Virus record (IMG/VR): IMGVR_UViG_3300045117_000026
Span: 1 to 64,000 of that record
Strand: one strand, 5' to 3'
Source of the DNA: a virus
Length of the DNA: 64,000 nt
The translations under genes and the position numbers were made by a program. Under the pieces are notes generated by a model. It was not told the DNA's origin and did not search any database. It saw only the letters and a program-made list of their open reading frames with translations. Of this stretch, positions 20,356 to 31,452 are shown piece by piece. How positions within the stretch are numbered: position 1 is the first letter of the stretch; each line of letters starts with the position of its first letter.

Positions 20356-20797
20356 CGGCTACTCGCTTTTATAACTCTCTTTTCATAAACCGCTTGACTT
20401 TTCTGACAACTTCGGCAGACTGTTTCCTGACTGCTTCCGCAACGGATGACTCGTTATCCGAACTGTAAGGATTGGTAACAACCACCAGTATCCCGATGTT
20501 CTTGTATCGGAGACCCACCCTGTAACAGTATTCGCACCCTTCTTTGGAAATGCGGTGAGAAGCACCTAGCCTATTTACAATTATCCTATCCATTATCTCT
20601 CCCCATGCTTACGTCTGTCACAAGGGCTAACGACTTTGCTTTCTCAAATGCCTCTCGTAATTCATCGTAAGCCTCAACGTCATCAAGAACTCGCTCGGCG
20701 TCATTTATCGCTTGTATTAACGGCGTAACATCCACAAGTCTGTTGTCGATTCTTCCAACGGCAATCTTAGCCATTTTAATAAGTTGTTCTACTTCTT

Positions 20798-21958
20798 TTA
20801 GCATCGTTGCCTCTCCACATCCGCTATCGCCTTGAGTATTGGGTAAGCCTGTGGGACGCAAATTGCATTACCTAACGCCGTGAGCCGGTTGACCCTTTCC
20901 GTTTTGTCTGTCGTGAGGGGGTGCGGCATTTCCCATTCTCCCCCTGCCCAGGTGGGGATATATCCAGCCAGCCCTTCGGAAATCCCATCATCCATGCTAC
21001 AAAGTCGGGGTTCAATGTCCCCTTGTTTTTCGGAAACTGGTTTGTCCATTCGGGCAGATTCCCGTGATAATCCTTGCTCCCCGGTTTCCTGGTGGACACG
21101 CATCCCTTGTAATCCCTTGCCGACGGAGTGGGTATCGTGACTGAACGAGTCAGTGATTGATATTGACCGCTCTCCCGTGTCGCATTGTTGGCGTCGTCCG
21201 CTGTCGGTGTAGCCAATAATCCAGACCCGGTCCCGGCGGTGGATGGCGTTGACGGCGCAAGCTGGAATAATAATCGGTTGGACTCTGTAACCGATTCGCT
21301 CCATCTCGGTTGTGATTCCGTCCAACCACGAAAACAATTCTGCTTGTGTCTGACCACCTTCTTCGTCCTCGTCACCCGCCACTTCAGATACGCTATCTGA
21401 CTTGTCCATTCCCTTGATTCCAGCAGGATTCTCAAACACGCACCAAGTGGGTCTGAGTTCTTCAAGCACGCGGATAGTTTCATCCCAGAGCCAGCGGTCA
21501 TCTGCCGTGCCTCCTCGCTTCCCGGCAACACTGACAGGCTGGCATGGAGGAGAGGCTGTAAGCAGGGTGAGGGGGATTGACCAACTCTGACTGCTATCCC
21601 CAACGGTGTTCCCCCTTGCTGATAAGGGGTTTTCCTGTCCCCCTCGCTGGCTCTCGGTGTCGGCAGTAACCCCTTTTGTGCGAATGTTTCCAGCGTCCTG
21701 TCCGATTGCCGCTTGCTGCGAGGATTGTATTCCTTGCCAGGTCCTCTCCGTCCGTCCCATGCATTTGGTGTCGGAATTAATCCGCTCATACGTAACCTCC
21801 TTGACATCTGAGATAATCGGCACACCTGGGAAATGGTGTCTGAGTATGGATTGGCAGTAGGGGTTGATTTCACATAGGGCAACCGTGCGAAACCCTGCCC
21901 ATTCAGCAGCCAAGGTAAACCCGCCAATCCCGCTATACAGGTCGATGTGCGATAACAT
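20798..21958 (-). CDS. C5-cytosine methyltransferase, large polypeptide
   Basis: DLYSGIGG, SPPCQ, FENP, H.RDR.W, motif X ALGNA. Confidence 0.9.
   Translation of the reverse strand: MLSHIDLYSGIGGFTLAAEWAGFRTVALCEINPYCQSILRHHFPGVPIISDVKEVTYERINSDTKCMGRTERTWQGIQSSQQAAIGQDAGNIRTKGVTADTESQRGGQENPLSARGNTVGDSSQSWSIPLTLLTASPPCQPVSVAGKRGGTADDRWLWDETIRVLEELRPTWCVFENPAGIKGMDKSDSVSEVAGDEDEEGGQTQAELFSWLDGITTEMERIGYRVQPIIIPACAVNAIHRRDRVWIIGYTDSGRRQQCDTGERSISITDSFSHDTHSVGKGLQGMRVHQETGEQGLSRESARMDKPVSEKQGDIEPRLCSMDDGISEGLAGYIPTWAGGEWEMPHPLTTDKTERVNRLTALGNAICVPQAYPILKAIADVERQRC
20872..21927 (-). CDS. nested alternative-frame polypeptide carrying C5-MTase TRD repeats and motif IX (true start uncertain)
   Basis: Repeated PTP.A motifs and LNPDFVAWMMGFPKGW. 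Confidence 0.7.
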   Translation of the reverse strand: MAGLPWLLNGQGFARLPYVKSTPTANPYSDTISQVCRLSQMSRRLRMSGLIPTPNAWDGRRGPGKEYNPRSKRQSDRTLETFAQKGLLPTPRASEGDRKTPYQQGGTPLGIAVRVGQSPSPCLQPLLHASLSVLPGSEEARQMTAGSGMKLSACLKNSDPLGACLRILLESREWTSQIAYLKWRVTRTKKVVRHKQNCFRGWTESQPRWSESVTESNRLLFQLAPSTPSTAGTGSGLLATPTADDANNATRESGQYQSLTRSVTIPTPSARDYKGCVSTRKPGSKDYHGNLPEWTNQFPKNKGTLNPDFVAWMMGFPKGWLDISPPGQGENGKCRTPSRQTKRKGSTGSRR

Positions 21959-21973
21959 TCCCTATTATCTTGT

Positions 21974-22585
21974 CTACTTAAGACACTCCTCTAAAACTCC
22001 TGTAAGCATCATCACCAGCACAAAGGCATGGCCCATCTTACGGTCCGGATTATTGATTACGTCTTTAAGTGTCATGCCCAATACTACATGGTCATAAGCG
22101 TCATAGTCACGCAGTATGATGTTTTGTCCCTCAGTATAGAGGGATTGTAACCGCTTGAATGCGCTGGTCTGTCCTACATACTTGGAATAAATTGGTACGT
22201 AGATAGCTTTCCTTGCTTCAACATAACTCAACCTCTCGCCGTTCCAGTATGAATACTCAGCCTTTACACCTTTGCCCATCGGATAGCGTACTGGAGTATT
22301 CAGCTTAAGCCCAGCCTCTCGCCACTTAAACCAACCGGCATTAGGGAAGCCGTTCTTATTGACGTGCTGTAAATATACTTTGCTGTACTGCCAGAGGTTC
22401 TCGAATATCACACCATGAGGATTAAACTCGACAGCAAAGGGTATGCGGAGTATGAACGGGCTTAGTTCCTTGAAAACACTATTCGATGATGATGTTGTAT
22501 CTATATCCACCACGGGCTGTGGTTCATTATGCTTGGCAAACTTAAATAAGGCTTTTATCATTATAGTTCCTTTACTATCTTCCAA
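21974..22585 (-). CDS. DUF6939-like protein, possible NADAR fold
   Basis: ENLWQYSKV, EARKAIYVPIY, LRDYD, GHAFVL. Confidence 0.6.
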   Translation of the reverse strand: MEDSKGTIMIKALFKFAKHNEPQPVVDIDTTSSSNSVFKELSPFILRIPFAVEFNPHGVIFENLWQYSKVYLQHVNKNGFPNAGWFKWREAGLKLNTPVRYPMGKGVKAEYSYWNGERLSYVEARKAIYVPIYSKYVGQTSAFKRLQSLYTEGQNIILRDYDAYDHVVLGMTLKDVINNPDRKMGHAFVLVMMLTGVLEECLK

Positions 22586-22867
22586 TCTTTTACCAAGCCC
22601 TCTTTCTCTTCGGGCATTTCTGTTCTAAAGTTATAAAGCCACAGCACGATATCCTCTAGCTTCTCAGCAAAGTCTTTTACATTATGGTCAAGTGTTATTT
22701 CAATAAGATATTTCCTGCCCATTGTTACTCCTCTTTAGCTTTCATTATGGGTATCTCCTTAGAAAATATCATGAATTAACATTATGAGTCCGTAGACTGC
22801 ACCGACAAGGATTGCAATGTCTATCAAGATACCAATGGCTACTATGAACCACTTAATCATTATATCT

Positions 22868-24088
22868 TTAATCCAAACTCAACCCAGGTGTCACCGTAAC
22901 CCTGTGTTTAATCAGTTCGCAATAGTTCTCGGATTGCTCCACCAGTATTGACCGCCTGCCTAATTGAGTCGCTACCTTTCCTGTAGTACCTGTTCCGGCG
23001 AACGGGTCAAGGACAATTTGCGGTTCAATAGGAGCATTACAATCGCACTGTGGTACCCAAGAACTTTTAGTTACCTGCGACATTCGTTCCAAAATGCGTT
23101 GCTTCAGGCGTGAGGGAGTAACGGCGCCAGTACCTTCATAATCTTTCATGTCGCTACCGAAATACTCGCCGTCACTATTACAGCCGGCTCGTTTCATTTC
23201 CTCGGTAATCTGGTGGTCAATAATAGTAATCTCACGCTGCCAAGGTTTGCCACACTTTGAGCATTGTCCTTTAGCAGATGTAGCCATTGAAATACACAGG
23301 CGAGGTATCTCTTCGGGGAAAGCAGCGAAGTGCGAAAGCCAATTATTTGTCCCACACTTCCGGCACCACCGCCCATCTTCTTTGAGAACAGTCCCCTTGG
23401 TGAATTCATCCCGCCCGTAAATCGTCTTGCACGTCAGGCACATATTGGCTGAGTAAGATACAGTCGGTATCTCCCATATTGCTCGGATGTTTCTGCCCGA
23501 GTTTGCGCACCTGTCACCAGGCTCGACTTGCCTCATGCCGTGCTCACCCTGCCCCTTAAGCTTCATGTTGCCATCGCCATATTCATTGCGCATTCTGGTT
23601 GACTCTTTATATGGGACACGGACGGCTTCCATGTCAAAGAAGTAATCTTCATTTAGCACAAACATAAGAATATGCTCGTAGTCAATCGTCGGTCTATCCG
23701 GTGCGGATGACGGCATTGAATTCGGCTTCACCCATATTATATCAGCTCGTGGTATCCAGCCCTCATCAGCTAATGCTATAGCAATGCGATGCGGGATTAA
23801 CTCGAGGTCCTTTGCTCTGGTGACGCCGAACTTATCGCCGACATTCCAGAAAACAACCCCGTCATTACGCAACACTGGTAACAGCGAGCCACAAAAGAAA
23901 TCAACTGTATGCTGTACATATTCGGCAACCGTTTTCTCTGCTCCAAACCATGCGTTACCATCATAGTCTCGCTGATTGAAATACGGTGGCGAAGTGACTA
24001 CGCATTGTACCTGGTAGGGCAGGGTGGCAAGGTCCTTGTTATCTCCATGATAGAGGGAGAGGAGAGGGGTCTGGTAAAAGACTTTCAT
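22868..24088 (-). CDS. N4-cytosine/N6 DNA methyltransferase with Zn-ribbon insertions
   Basis: TSPPY, HFAAFP, VLDPFAGTGTT; several CxxC. Confidence 0.9.
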   Translation of the reverse strand: MKVFYQTPLLSLYHGDNKDLATLPYQVQCVVTSPPYFNQRDYDGNAWFGAEKTVAEYVQHTVDFFCGSLLPVLRNDGVVFWNVGDKFGVTRAKDLELIPHRIAIALADEGWIPRADIIWVKPNSMPSSAPDRPTIDYEHILMFVLNEDYFFDMEAVRVPYKESTRMRNEYGDGNMKLKGQGEHGMRQVEPGDRCANSGRNIRAIWEIPTVSYSANMCLTCKTIYGRDEFTKGTVLKEDGRWCRKCGTNNWLSHFAAFPEEIPRLCISMATSAKGQCSKCGKPWQREITIIDHQITEEMKRAGCNSDGEYFGSDMKDYEGTGAVTPSRLKQRILERMSQVTKSSWVPQCDCNAPIEPQIVLDPFAGTGTTGKVATQLGRRSILVEQSENYCELIKHRVTVTPGLSLD

Positions 24089-24447
24089 CTTAAGTCTATC
24101 TCGCTAGGTTTATCTCATAGACGATCTTGTACATATCCTTTAGTTTGGCTGCGTGCTCCGGGTCTTTAAGCTGTTCTTTCCACCATTCAAGAGGATGGCT
24201 CCAATCAAACATATTGACTATTTTAGAGATTATCTCCAGCCCTTTGGTTGCTGTAGGAGTTGAGCAGACTGCGTGCCCCGTAGGGGCATGAGAGACTCTC
24301 CATTCTCTTCCATCGGCATTATAACGCGGTGGCGTAAGTTCACGGTGAACAACTAACAGCGGAGAGTCTTTTGATGCGATGGCGGAAACCGGAACGTGAC
24401 GTATCTCCCCATCGCGGTCAATGATAACTGCGTCGAAGAGTTTATGT

Positions 24448-24882
24448 TTATACTTCATTTGCTACCCCCGGTTGCATGTTAACAGTTGCTTGCATCACGT
24501 TTGATATAAGGGAGATTTCGTCTCTCCTTAGTGCCGGAGAGTAGCAGGACTTAAACGCAAAGCCAACTTTCCGCAGGTGCCCGCGACCTTCCCGTAAGAG
24601 TATCGGCAAGGTAGAATTAGCCATGTATACAGCGTGCACGGCCCTGCTGAATGATTTCTTGCGCCCAAGCTTCTTACAGAACTGGTCACTGGGGGATTGG
24701 ATTGCGACGCCACGGGAGACTACTGCTACTTCCCTCTCGAGGACAAGAGGCAAGTTTTTAACAAGCAAGCAGACCGTCATCCTTGCGTTGTCGTTTAATT
24801 GCTGATTGTAGAAGATGGCGCGGTCGAGTTTCATTTCCTGTAGTTTTTTGTTGATACGTTCTTGTTGATTGTCACCTTTCAT
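24448..24882 (-). CDS. conserved phage hypothetical protein
   Basis: G.A..SP.DQF.K..GR..S..RA pattern. Confidence 0.55.
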   Translation of the reverse strand: MKGDNQQERINKKLQEMKLDRAIFYNQQLNDNARMTVCLLVKNLPLVLEREVAVVSRGVAIQSPSDQFCKKLGRKKSFSRAVHAVYMANSTLPILLREGRGHLRKVGFAFKSCYSPALRRDEISLISNVMQATVNMQPGVANEV

Positions 24883-25272
24883 TTATTGCTCCTTTAATAT
24901 TTTAGGTCTATATAGACCAAGCCCTGCTTCGTATTCCTCTCTGTTAGAGAGTTTGAACTTGAGTATGAATACTCGCTTGTCCTCGTCCCACGAACTGGGG
25001 CCGTTAATCTCCTCCCACACTTCGATAAATCTTTGAGGTGAGTATCTACCCTCATAGTAATAATCAAAATGGTCGAAGTCCCCGAGTGCCTTTGTTTTAA
25101 CTTCCTCGATTGAGATATAAGTTTGAGTTAATACTCCGGCAGAGCGAATCCGCATGATGGCGCCGGGCTTGGTTTCAAGCCCGAGTTTAATGCGGGCAGT
25201 TTGCGTCTTGGTGCCATCAATAATCATCTGATGGTGCACAGGCGTAAAGTTAATAGTAAGGGGGGTACTCAT
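24883..25272 (-). CDS. ASCH/PUA-like domain protein
   Basis: I.F......I.DG.KTQT.R, EG, F...W. Confidence 0.8.
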   Translation of the reverse strand: MSTPLTINFTPVHHQMIIDGTKTQTARIKLGLETKPGAIMRIRSAGVLTQTYISIEEVKTKALGDFDHFDYYYEGRYSPQRFIEVWEEINGPSSWDEDKRVFILKFKLSNREEYEAGLGLYRPKILKEQ

Positions 25273-25383
25273 ATTGCTCCTTTTTCCTTAATGCTTGCTG
25301 TTACTTGGACAGCATAATAACCAAAAGAAAGACGATTATGAAAGAACAGGTGAACCACAGAAGCGGGCTGTCTGTCGTGTACA

Positions 25384-26013
25384 TTAGACTATTGCGCCTT
25401 CGGTAGTCAGGACACCGCTTGCTACCAGCTTCAGACCTTTAGCGTATTCATAATCCCAGGGGAAGGTCGGAATATCGGTTCGGCTAAAGAAACGATAATC
25501 ATATACGAAGTCGGCTGCCTCGGAGCAAATATAGCGGGAGTCTCGAGCATAACCGAAGCCACACCACTTGCCGGATATGCGGTGCCATAATATAGAGGGG
25601 ATTGCGTACCGGAATATGCACCAGTAATCATAGACCTGGTCGCCATCAAGAACAAGGTTGTTCATCTTGATTGCGGCTTCAGTGCTGACGCTGACGGTCT
25701 TATACCTGTAGACATCAACGTGCCGTCCGGCGGATTTTAACAACTCGGTCTTACACTGGCCCCTGCCGATACTCTCACAATGGAGAGGAGAGAACTTCTT
25801 GTTCAGCGAAGTATCCCAATCTCCACAGAGTTCGTCACCACCAGGGGTCTTGAATCCCCAAAAGACAGAGACGTGCCCGCGGTCCGATTGGGTGATAAAG
25901 TGCTTTATCCTGCGGATGATGCCCTTCTCTGAACTCTCCCAAACGAGAATGTCCCCGGGTTGAAGCGTAATCTCCATATCTCTCCTTATACCAGAATCTT
26001 TAGGTCTTGTCAA
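25384..26013 (-). CDS. permuted papain-like NlpC/P60 amidase (YiiX/YaeF-like)
   Basis: LQPGDILV, GHV, YD, ICSE with His preceding Cys. Confidence 0.75.
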   Translation of the reverse strand: MTRPKDSGIRRDMEITLQPGDILVWESSEKGIIRRIKHFITQSDRGHVSVFWGFKTPGGDELCGDWDTSLNKKFSPLHCESIGRGQCKTELLKSAGRHVDVYRYKTVSVSTEAAIKMNNLVLDGDQVYDYWCIFRYAIPSILWHRISGKWCGFGYARDSRYICSEAADFVYDYRFFSRTDIPTFPWDYEYAKGLKLVASGVLTTEGAIV

Positions 26014-26252
26014 TCGAGCGTCTTGATTTTCAGGAAATTAAGGATGTCCTTGACAGCTTCCCTATTCGGAAGACCCTTAAGCTTCACACCCTCACTAACA
26101 GACATCAAATCCACACCCACAACTCTTGCAGGGGGAAGTGTATAGTCCACAAGGCGATTGTGGTCCAACGTATTTGTACAGCCTATCGGCTCTATCAACC
26201 ACTGGATATAGACTGCGTCTGCTTTATCGTCATATTCAATTCTCAACATCAT
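26010..26252 (-). CDS. DUF2283 protein
   Basis: IEYD..ADA.YI...VD......VGV. Confidence 0.75.
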   Translation of the reverse strand: MMLRIEYDDKADAVYIQWLIEPIGCTNTLDHNRLVDYTLPPARVVGVDLMSVSEGVKLKGLPNREAVKDILNFLKIKTLD

Positions 26253-26348
26253 TTAACTCCTATTGTTTTTGAGGCATCCATTTAACAGGCTGACTGTTTC
26301 CATAGCCCAGATAGTGGACGTGGCAAAAACAGCCTTAAATCGCTATTT

Positions 26349-26930
26349 CTAGGCTTTCTGTGCTTTAGTTAAAAGCCGTTTCTTAGCTTGGTACTTCCGG
26401 CAAGCTTTACGGGAAATCTCCCGATAGCGTTCGGGGTGTTCAACTTGCCACTGCTTTACGCACCATGCGTGCTTCGTCCTGCGGGATGTCGACCAGTTAA
26501 CATAGCGGAGCCTCTCATGCTGGCATTCAGGACGGCTACAGTATATCTGCCTGATGGAAGTTTTACGGCCCATGGGTTGATTACAGAAAGCACATGTCGA
26601 GTTGAAGATCACATCCTTTAGCAAAGGGATGGACTGAACCGGGACTAGAATATTACTGTTATTAGACCCACCGCTTTTACGTGTAGGTAGTTTAATGGAC
26701 CGACAGAACTTGCGGACCACGCTCTTAGACACGTTGAGTTGAGAGGCAACTACCGCTATCCGGAGATAACTGCAGTCCTCGTAATTGACATATATCCTAT
26801 GCCGCTTAATCAACTGCTCTATGCGTTGACGGCTGACGCCACCAAGTAACTGACCTATGCGGTCATAGGATAACCCGAGTGCGAGCGATTTCTTAATTAT
26901 TTGTATCTTGTCCGGCACGCTTAGTTTCAT
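26349..26930 (-). CDS. double HTH plus Zn-finger regulator
   Basis: SYDRIGQLLGGVSRQRIEQL; second HTH; CAFC..YCSRPEC. Confidence 0.65.
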   Translation of the reverse strand: MKLSVPDKIQIIKKSLALGLSYDRIGQLLGGVSRQRIEQLIKRHRIYVNYEDCSYLRIAVVASQLNVSKSVVRKFCRSIKLPTRKSGGSNNSNILVPVQSIPLLKDVIFNSTCAFCNQPMGRKTSIRQIYCSRPECQHERLRYVNWSTSRRTKHAWCVKQWQVEHPERYREISRKACRKYQAKKRLLTKAQKA

Positions 26931-29874
26931 CTGTCTCTCTCCAGTGCATTTAGCGCCAAGTGGAAACAAGTAAAACAATAGTTCTTGTAATACATCGGCA
27001 TGAAGTTATGGCATTCTGCGCACCACGCAAAGTCCATGGGCAACTTGAGTGGAATCTTGTAATCTTCCAACAGTAGCTTAAGCGCAACCTTAGGGTCTTC
27101 GTTGGGGTCCCTCAGCGTGGAATCATTGAGTATTGTCCATGCCCATATCATTATTACTTGCGGTTGGTGCTCCTTGTTGAGCAGATGATACAAGCTTTTG
27201 AATAGCCTGTAGTTCTTGCCATTCCGAATCTCTGTATCCGTCACGCTCTGTCTCCTTGTTATGGGTGAACTTGAATGTCTTGACGGCGAAAGGTACATCC
27301 GGCTTTATCTTGCTTTGCAGAAACTTCAGCGCCTCATCAGCATCTTCCTGGTGCAACCTTATCCACTTCAAAAGACCAGGGCGGTCAAGCGATACAGGGA
27401 TAAGCCCATCAGACTTATCAGGAAGAAGGAACTGCTCGATGTTCCCCCATGAACCAACGAGTAGATAACCCCGCCTTATAAGTGAGGCTTCGCAATCGGA
27501 ACAGATGTTGACACCGCTTCTCTTTACAGAATACATTGCCAGGTAGCCGGGGCCGTATAATACCCCGCAGGAAAAACATTGATTGTGTCTAATTTCGTCT
27601 TCCAATTGGTTCTCCTGTATACAGGTCCTCTAACCAAGTTCTGGCCCGACCGATAGCAAAATTAGCAATGCTCCTTGCCTCGCTTAATAGTTCAGGCTCT
27701 TTTATATCGGAATCCCACCCGCTGACTCTTTCACTACTTATCACTACTCCATTGAGAGAGACTTTTGCGGATATGGTTAACATGCACCAGTCTATCCCGT
27801 ATTTACAAAGCCTCTTGCTGTCTGCTATGGCCCAAGAACCACGGAGATGTCCGTTATTGTGAAAGGAATAAAGATACATTATATTCTTTCGATAATGGTC
27901 GGGCGCAAAAGAGACGAACCTGCCCTTGTCGTCGCGCCATATTCCCTTATGGTCCATAACATATCTAAAGTTAAGGTATACCAGCTTCTCCTCTTTGTTC
28001 TTGGGGAGTCTCCAATCGGAGAACTCTCCAAGCCAGCTTAAGTCCGGGGATTCTGAGCAGTCTGTACCTACTACCAGCCGGATGCGACCAACAGTCTTGT
28101 CAATCAAGGTGTCCACGACTTATCCCTTAGTGGGCTTGCCAGCCACGATGTACCTTCCAGCCAACGATCTGCTTGATATTCTCTTGCTCTGCTTCCTCTT
28201 TACCAGCATTATCTTTCTCTTTGAAGAACTCGAATGCGTACATGAAAGCAGCTCCTCGAAGCGCTCTAGCTTTTTCGATGAAGTCTTCCTGATCAGCAGA
28301 GGTAAATCTTTCCTGCTTGTTTAACTTCATATCCGCTAGCATAGTAGCCGAGACAACCGATGCTACATCGCACGTGGAGAGAGCAGCAAGTGTCGGCGTA
28401 GCGGCAAGCACTCTGACCTGCTGTTGCAACTCCTTATAGAATCGCTCCACCACATCTTCATCATCAATGAGAGTGAATACTAGTCCTACTGGTTTCATTT
28501 GGTTTACTCCTTCTTAATATATATTTTGAATTCATCATCGCCTGGGTAGAAGCGATACTTCTTACCATCGGCGGTCTTCCCCCCAAAGTTTAAGTCGTCA
28601 TCAATGCTGATTACTTCTACCAGAGAGGCCGGCTCAATATGTTCCCAGGGATCGTTGTACTTGATGACTTCAATTATGTCCCCGACCGCCAGCCCCCCTA
28701 GACCATCAAGTAGTAATTGCTTCTTGCGCAACCATTGCGGGTATAAGTCTTCTGGCGTTAGTTCATAAGCGGGACCGCGTCTAACGTCTGCTTCCTCTTC
28801 GGCGTTCTTGATTCGGGGTTTACGGCTTGTTGTTGCTTTGAGCTTGGTTGTGGAAGCCTTTGAGAAACCGCCGAGTTTCATTTATGCTGTCCCTTTAAGA
28901 AAGGCTAACGCCTGTTGCTCCGATATGAATAGCAATGCTTCGCACTCGGGACAATGAAAGGTGATAGAACGTAATACGCACGGGTCAAGCTTAGTATATT
29001 GAATGGCTTTGGTTTTCTTGTTGACCATGACCTCGAATATATCTGTAACCTGAGGACCCTTGGCAAGCAGGTAAGCGATATGCTTATTACAACTATGGCA
29101 TTGTGGATACACGTCTAGACCTCTTCCTCAAAGATATTAGGCGGGTCATCCGACTCGACAATATCGAAATCATCACGGGTATAGCTGTCTTCCATATCAC
29201 CCCTCTTAACAGCTTCATCGCACTCATGGATTTCTGCTTCTATCTCCGCTTCAGCAAGCGCCCTTGTCGCAAAGCGGATAGGGACCTCTAGCTTGCCATC
29301 TTCGCTAAATGTCCAGCAGTCCACCCAACCATCAAGCAGTGTGTCGGTTAGTACTATCCAACTCATCTTTTGTAATCCTTTCTATTCTCCACTACGGAAA
29401 TAGTACGTTACGCCATCGAGCTTCGCCGATGTACAACTCATTTGCCTCATTACCGCACAGTACACAGATATTGTGCTCAACTGACTCGCTAAGTTTTCTA
29501 CCATAGTTTTTTTCATATATTAAATCAAGCGTCTCTTTGTGCTTCTCTTCGCTCCACCATTTTTCTGTATTCATTAATGCACGCTGTTCAACATCCTGTT
29601 AATGTATTCAGCCTCACGCACCATCCCTTTGGTCAGATGGTTCATTAACTCGCTGTGTGTGAACGGTGGTGGAGTATCTCCAATAAGAGCAGGGTCAACA
29701 CTCCTGATAGCCTTACACGCTTGGCTAAATGCTTTATAATCGTGAGTCATAAGGTACTCACGACAAACCAGTGTTACTACCATCAGAGCGTCAAGCAGTT
29801 GGACCTGTCTTACTAGGAGTTCTGCTTGTATCGTTAATTCATCCATTATTCTACTTCTCCATCGCTGTTCATGT

Positions 29875-30261
29875 TTACTCGCTTGAGACTTCACCATAGA
29901 ACAAATCAACCTCGTTCTCAGCAAAGTCTACCCCGTATTGCTTACATATACGGATGAACATCAATCTCAGTTCGCGCACTGTTAGGTTGGCGCAGAGTTT
30001 GTCAAACGCTGGTATGCCCACATAATATGGTTCATAATCTCTCCAATATACCTCATCATCATCAACGCCATAGGCAAGTTCTCCGCCAATGAACACCAGC
30101 GCCTTTCCTTGGTTAGTACCACCCCATCCTTCGGTGCACTCATCCAGCTTTATGAGCTTGTGGATTTTCTCGTTGAACTTCTTGTCATCCGAATTCGCAA
30201 CACCCACGATGAGGAAGCTGGATGAACTCGAATTGGAGACAAAGCCGGTTCTGATTTTCAT
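29875..30261 (-). CDS. MKxRxxFVSNSSSSSF-family protein
   Basis: N-terminus MKIRTGFVSNSSSSSF. Confidence 0.75.
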   Translation of the reverse strand: MKIRTGFVSNSSSSSFLIVGVANSDDKKFNEKIHKLIKLDECTEGWGGTNQGKALVFIGGELAYGVDDDEVYWRDYEPYYVGIPAFDKLCANLTVRELRLMFIRICKQYGVDFAENEVDLFYGEVSSE

Positions 30262-30279
30262 TGCTTACTCCTTATTACT

Positions 30280-30633
30280 TTAATCGTGCCAAGCTTCGGA
30301 AATATCCCTGATGTCTGTATCCGAAAGGTCTTCGCCAAATGCTTCCTTGAGTGAAAGGTTCTTAGTGGCAGCAAGGGACAGCAAGGCAAGCATAATTTTA
30401 ACCTTGGTAGTATACCGGAATGAAGCCCCTGTTTCGTCATCCTTTAATGAGTCATAACTGCGACCAATGTAGAGATCGTCATAGGGTGACACCCTGACGG
30501 TGAGACCATGCTTACCACAAATGTCGCTGATTTGCAAAGCGTCAAATGCGCAATCAAGGAGATTGAGGTATACTCCGTGGATCAGGAAAGAGGTGGTACT
30601 ACTGTTGCTTACGAAGCTTGTTCTTAGTTTCAT
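30280..30633 (-). CDS. MKxRxxFVSNSSSSSF-family protein (paralog)
   Basis: N-terminus MKLRTSFVSNSSTTSF. Confidence 0.75.
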   Translation of the reverse strand: MKLRTSFVSNSSTTSFLIHGVYLNLLDCAFDALQISDICGKHGLTVRVSPYDDLYIGRSYDSLKDDETGASFRYTTKVKIMLALLSLAATKNLSLKEAFGEDLSDTDIRDISEAWHD

Positions 30634-30645
30634 GTTTAGCCTCCT

Positions 30646-31452
30646 TTACACCTCATTAACGTAAACATAATCTACCAAGAGGTAGATAGCATCTTGTTTA
30701 TCAGAGGGGGAGAGCGGAGCATCGGTGCGCAGTAGGTTAATAAGCCTTTTAGCAATAGACTTATCAAGGGTATCTCGCAAAGAACCAGATGTTGCCGGAC
30801 CATTGTAATTGTAATGAGCCTCAAGAGGGTACTCGTCTACAAGAGGAGCTTTTGATACATTAGTCTCTGGTAGCGGGTCAGCCTTGACTGTTACAGGCGC
30901 AGTTGTGAATACTTGAGTTAGCGTGCCTTTACCTCCCCATGTATCTGCTTTATCCGGCATTGACAAGAGGAATGTTTTTGTTTCCTCTGCCCATTTGGTA
31001 TGATCGGGCCAGTCATGCACATGGACCGTAATCTCTTTCACCATGACTGCACCGCACAATGTCTTTCCTTTGACTGATGCGCTGATGGCGCCGGAGTTGG
31101 TGATTATCAAGCTGACAGGATTATTGGCGTCTACATAACTCTGATCAGCCGGCGAATGGAATGTCCCCATGTTGTGGTGCGAATGTATGACGCCGACTTT
31201 CCGCTCCGGGGAGACTTCCCCAGGTAACATCTCGCACCAGCCGGAACTGGGTTTGACCTGGCGTGGAATAACGATGTCATCGACAAGTACCAGTTCATCA
31301 GAGATCGTGCCGAGACACCATCCAATCCACTCAAGGTTGCTCATTGCATCGCATAGGGAACATGCTTTGGCAAAGGCGTCAAGGGTTATTGAAACATCTG
31401 GGAAGATACCGGGTTTTCCGCATTGGGTAATACACTCTTTAGATTGCCACAT
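30646..31452 (-). CDS. JAB/JAMM metallopeptidase (deubiquitinase-like)
   Basis: E in LEWIG plus HSHHNMGTFHSPAD (HxH-x7-S-x2-D). Confidence 0.85.
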   Translation of the reverse strand: MWQSKECITQCGKPGIFPDVSITLDAFAKACSLCDAMSNLEWIGWCLGTISDELVLVDDIVIPRQVKPSSGWCEMLPGEVSPERKVGVIHSHHNMGTFHSPADQSYVDANNPVSLIITNSGAISASVKGKTLCGAVMVKEITVHVHDWPDHTKWAEETKTFLLSMPDKADTWGGKGTLTQVFTTAPVTVKADPLPETNVSKAPLVDEYPLEAHYNYNGPATSGSLRDTLDKSIAKRLINLLRTDAPLSPSDKQDAIYLLVDYVYVNEV

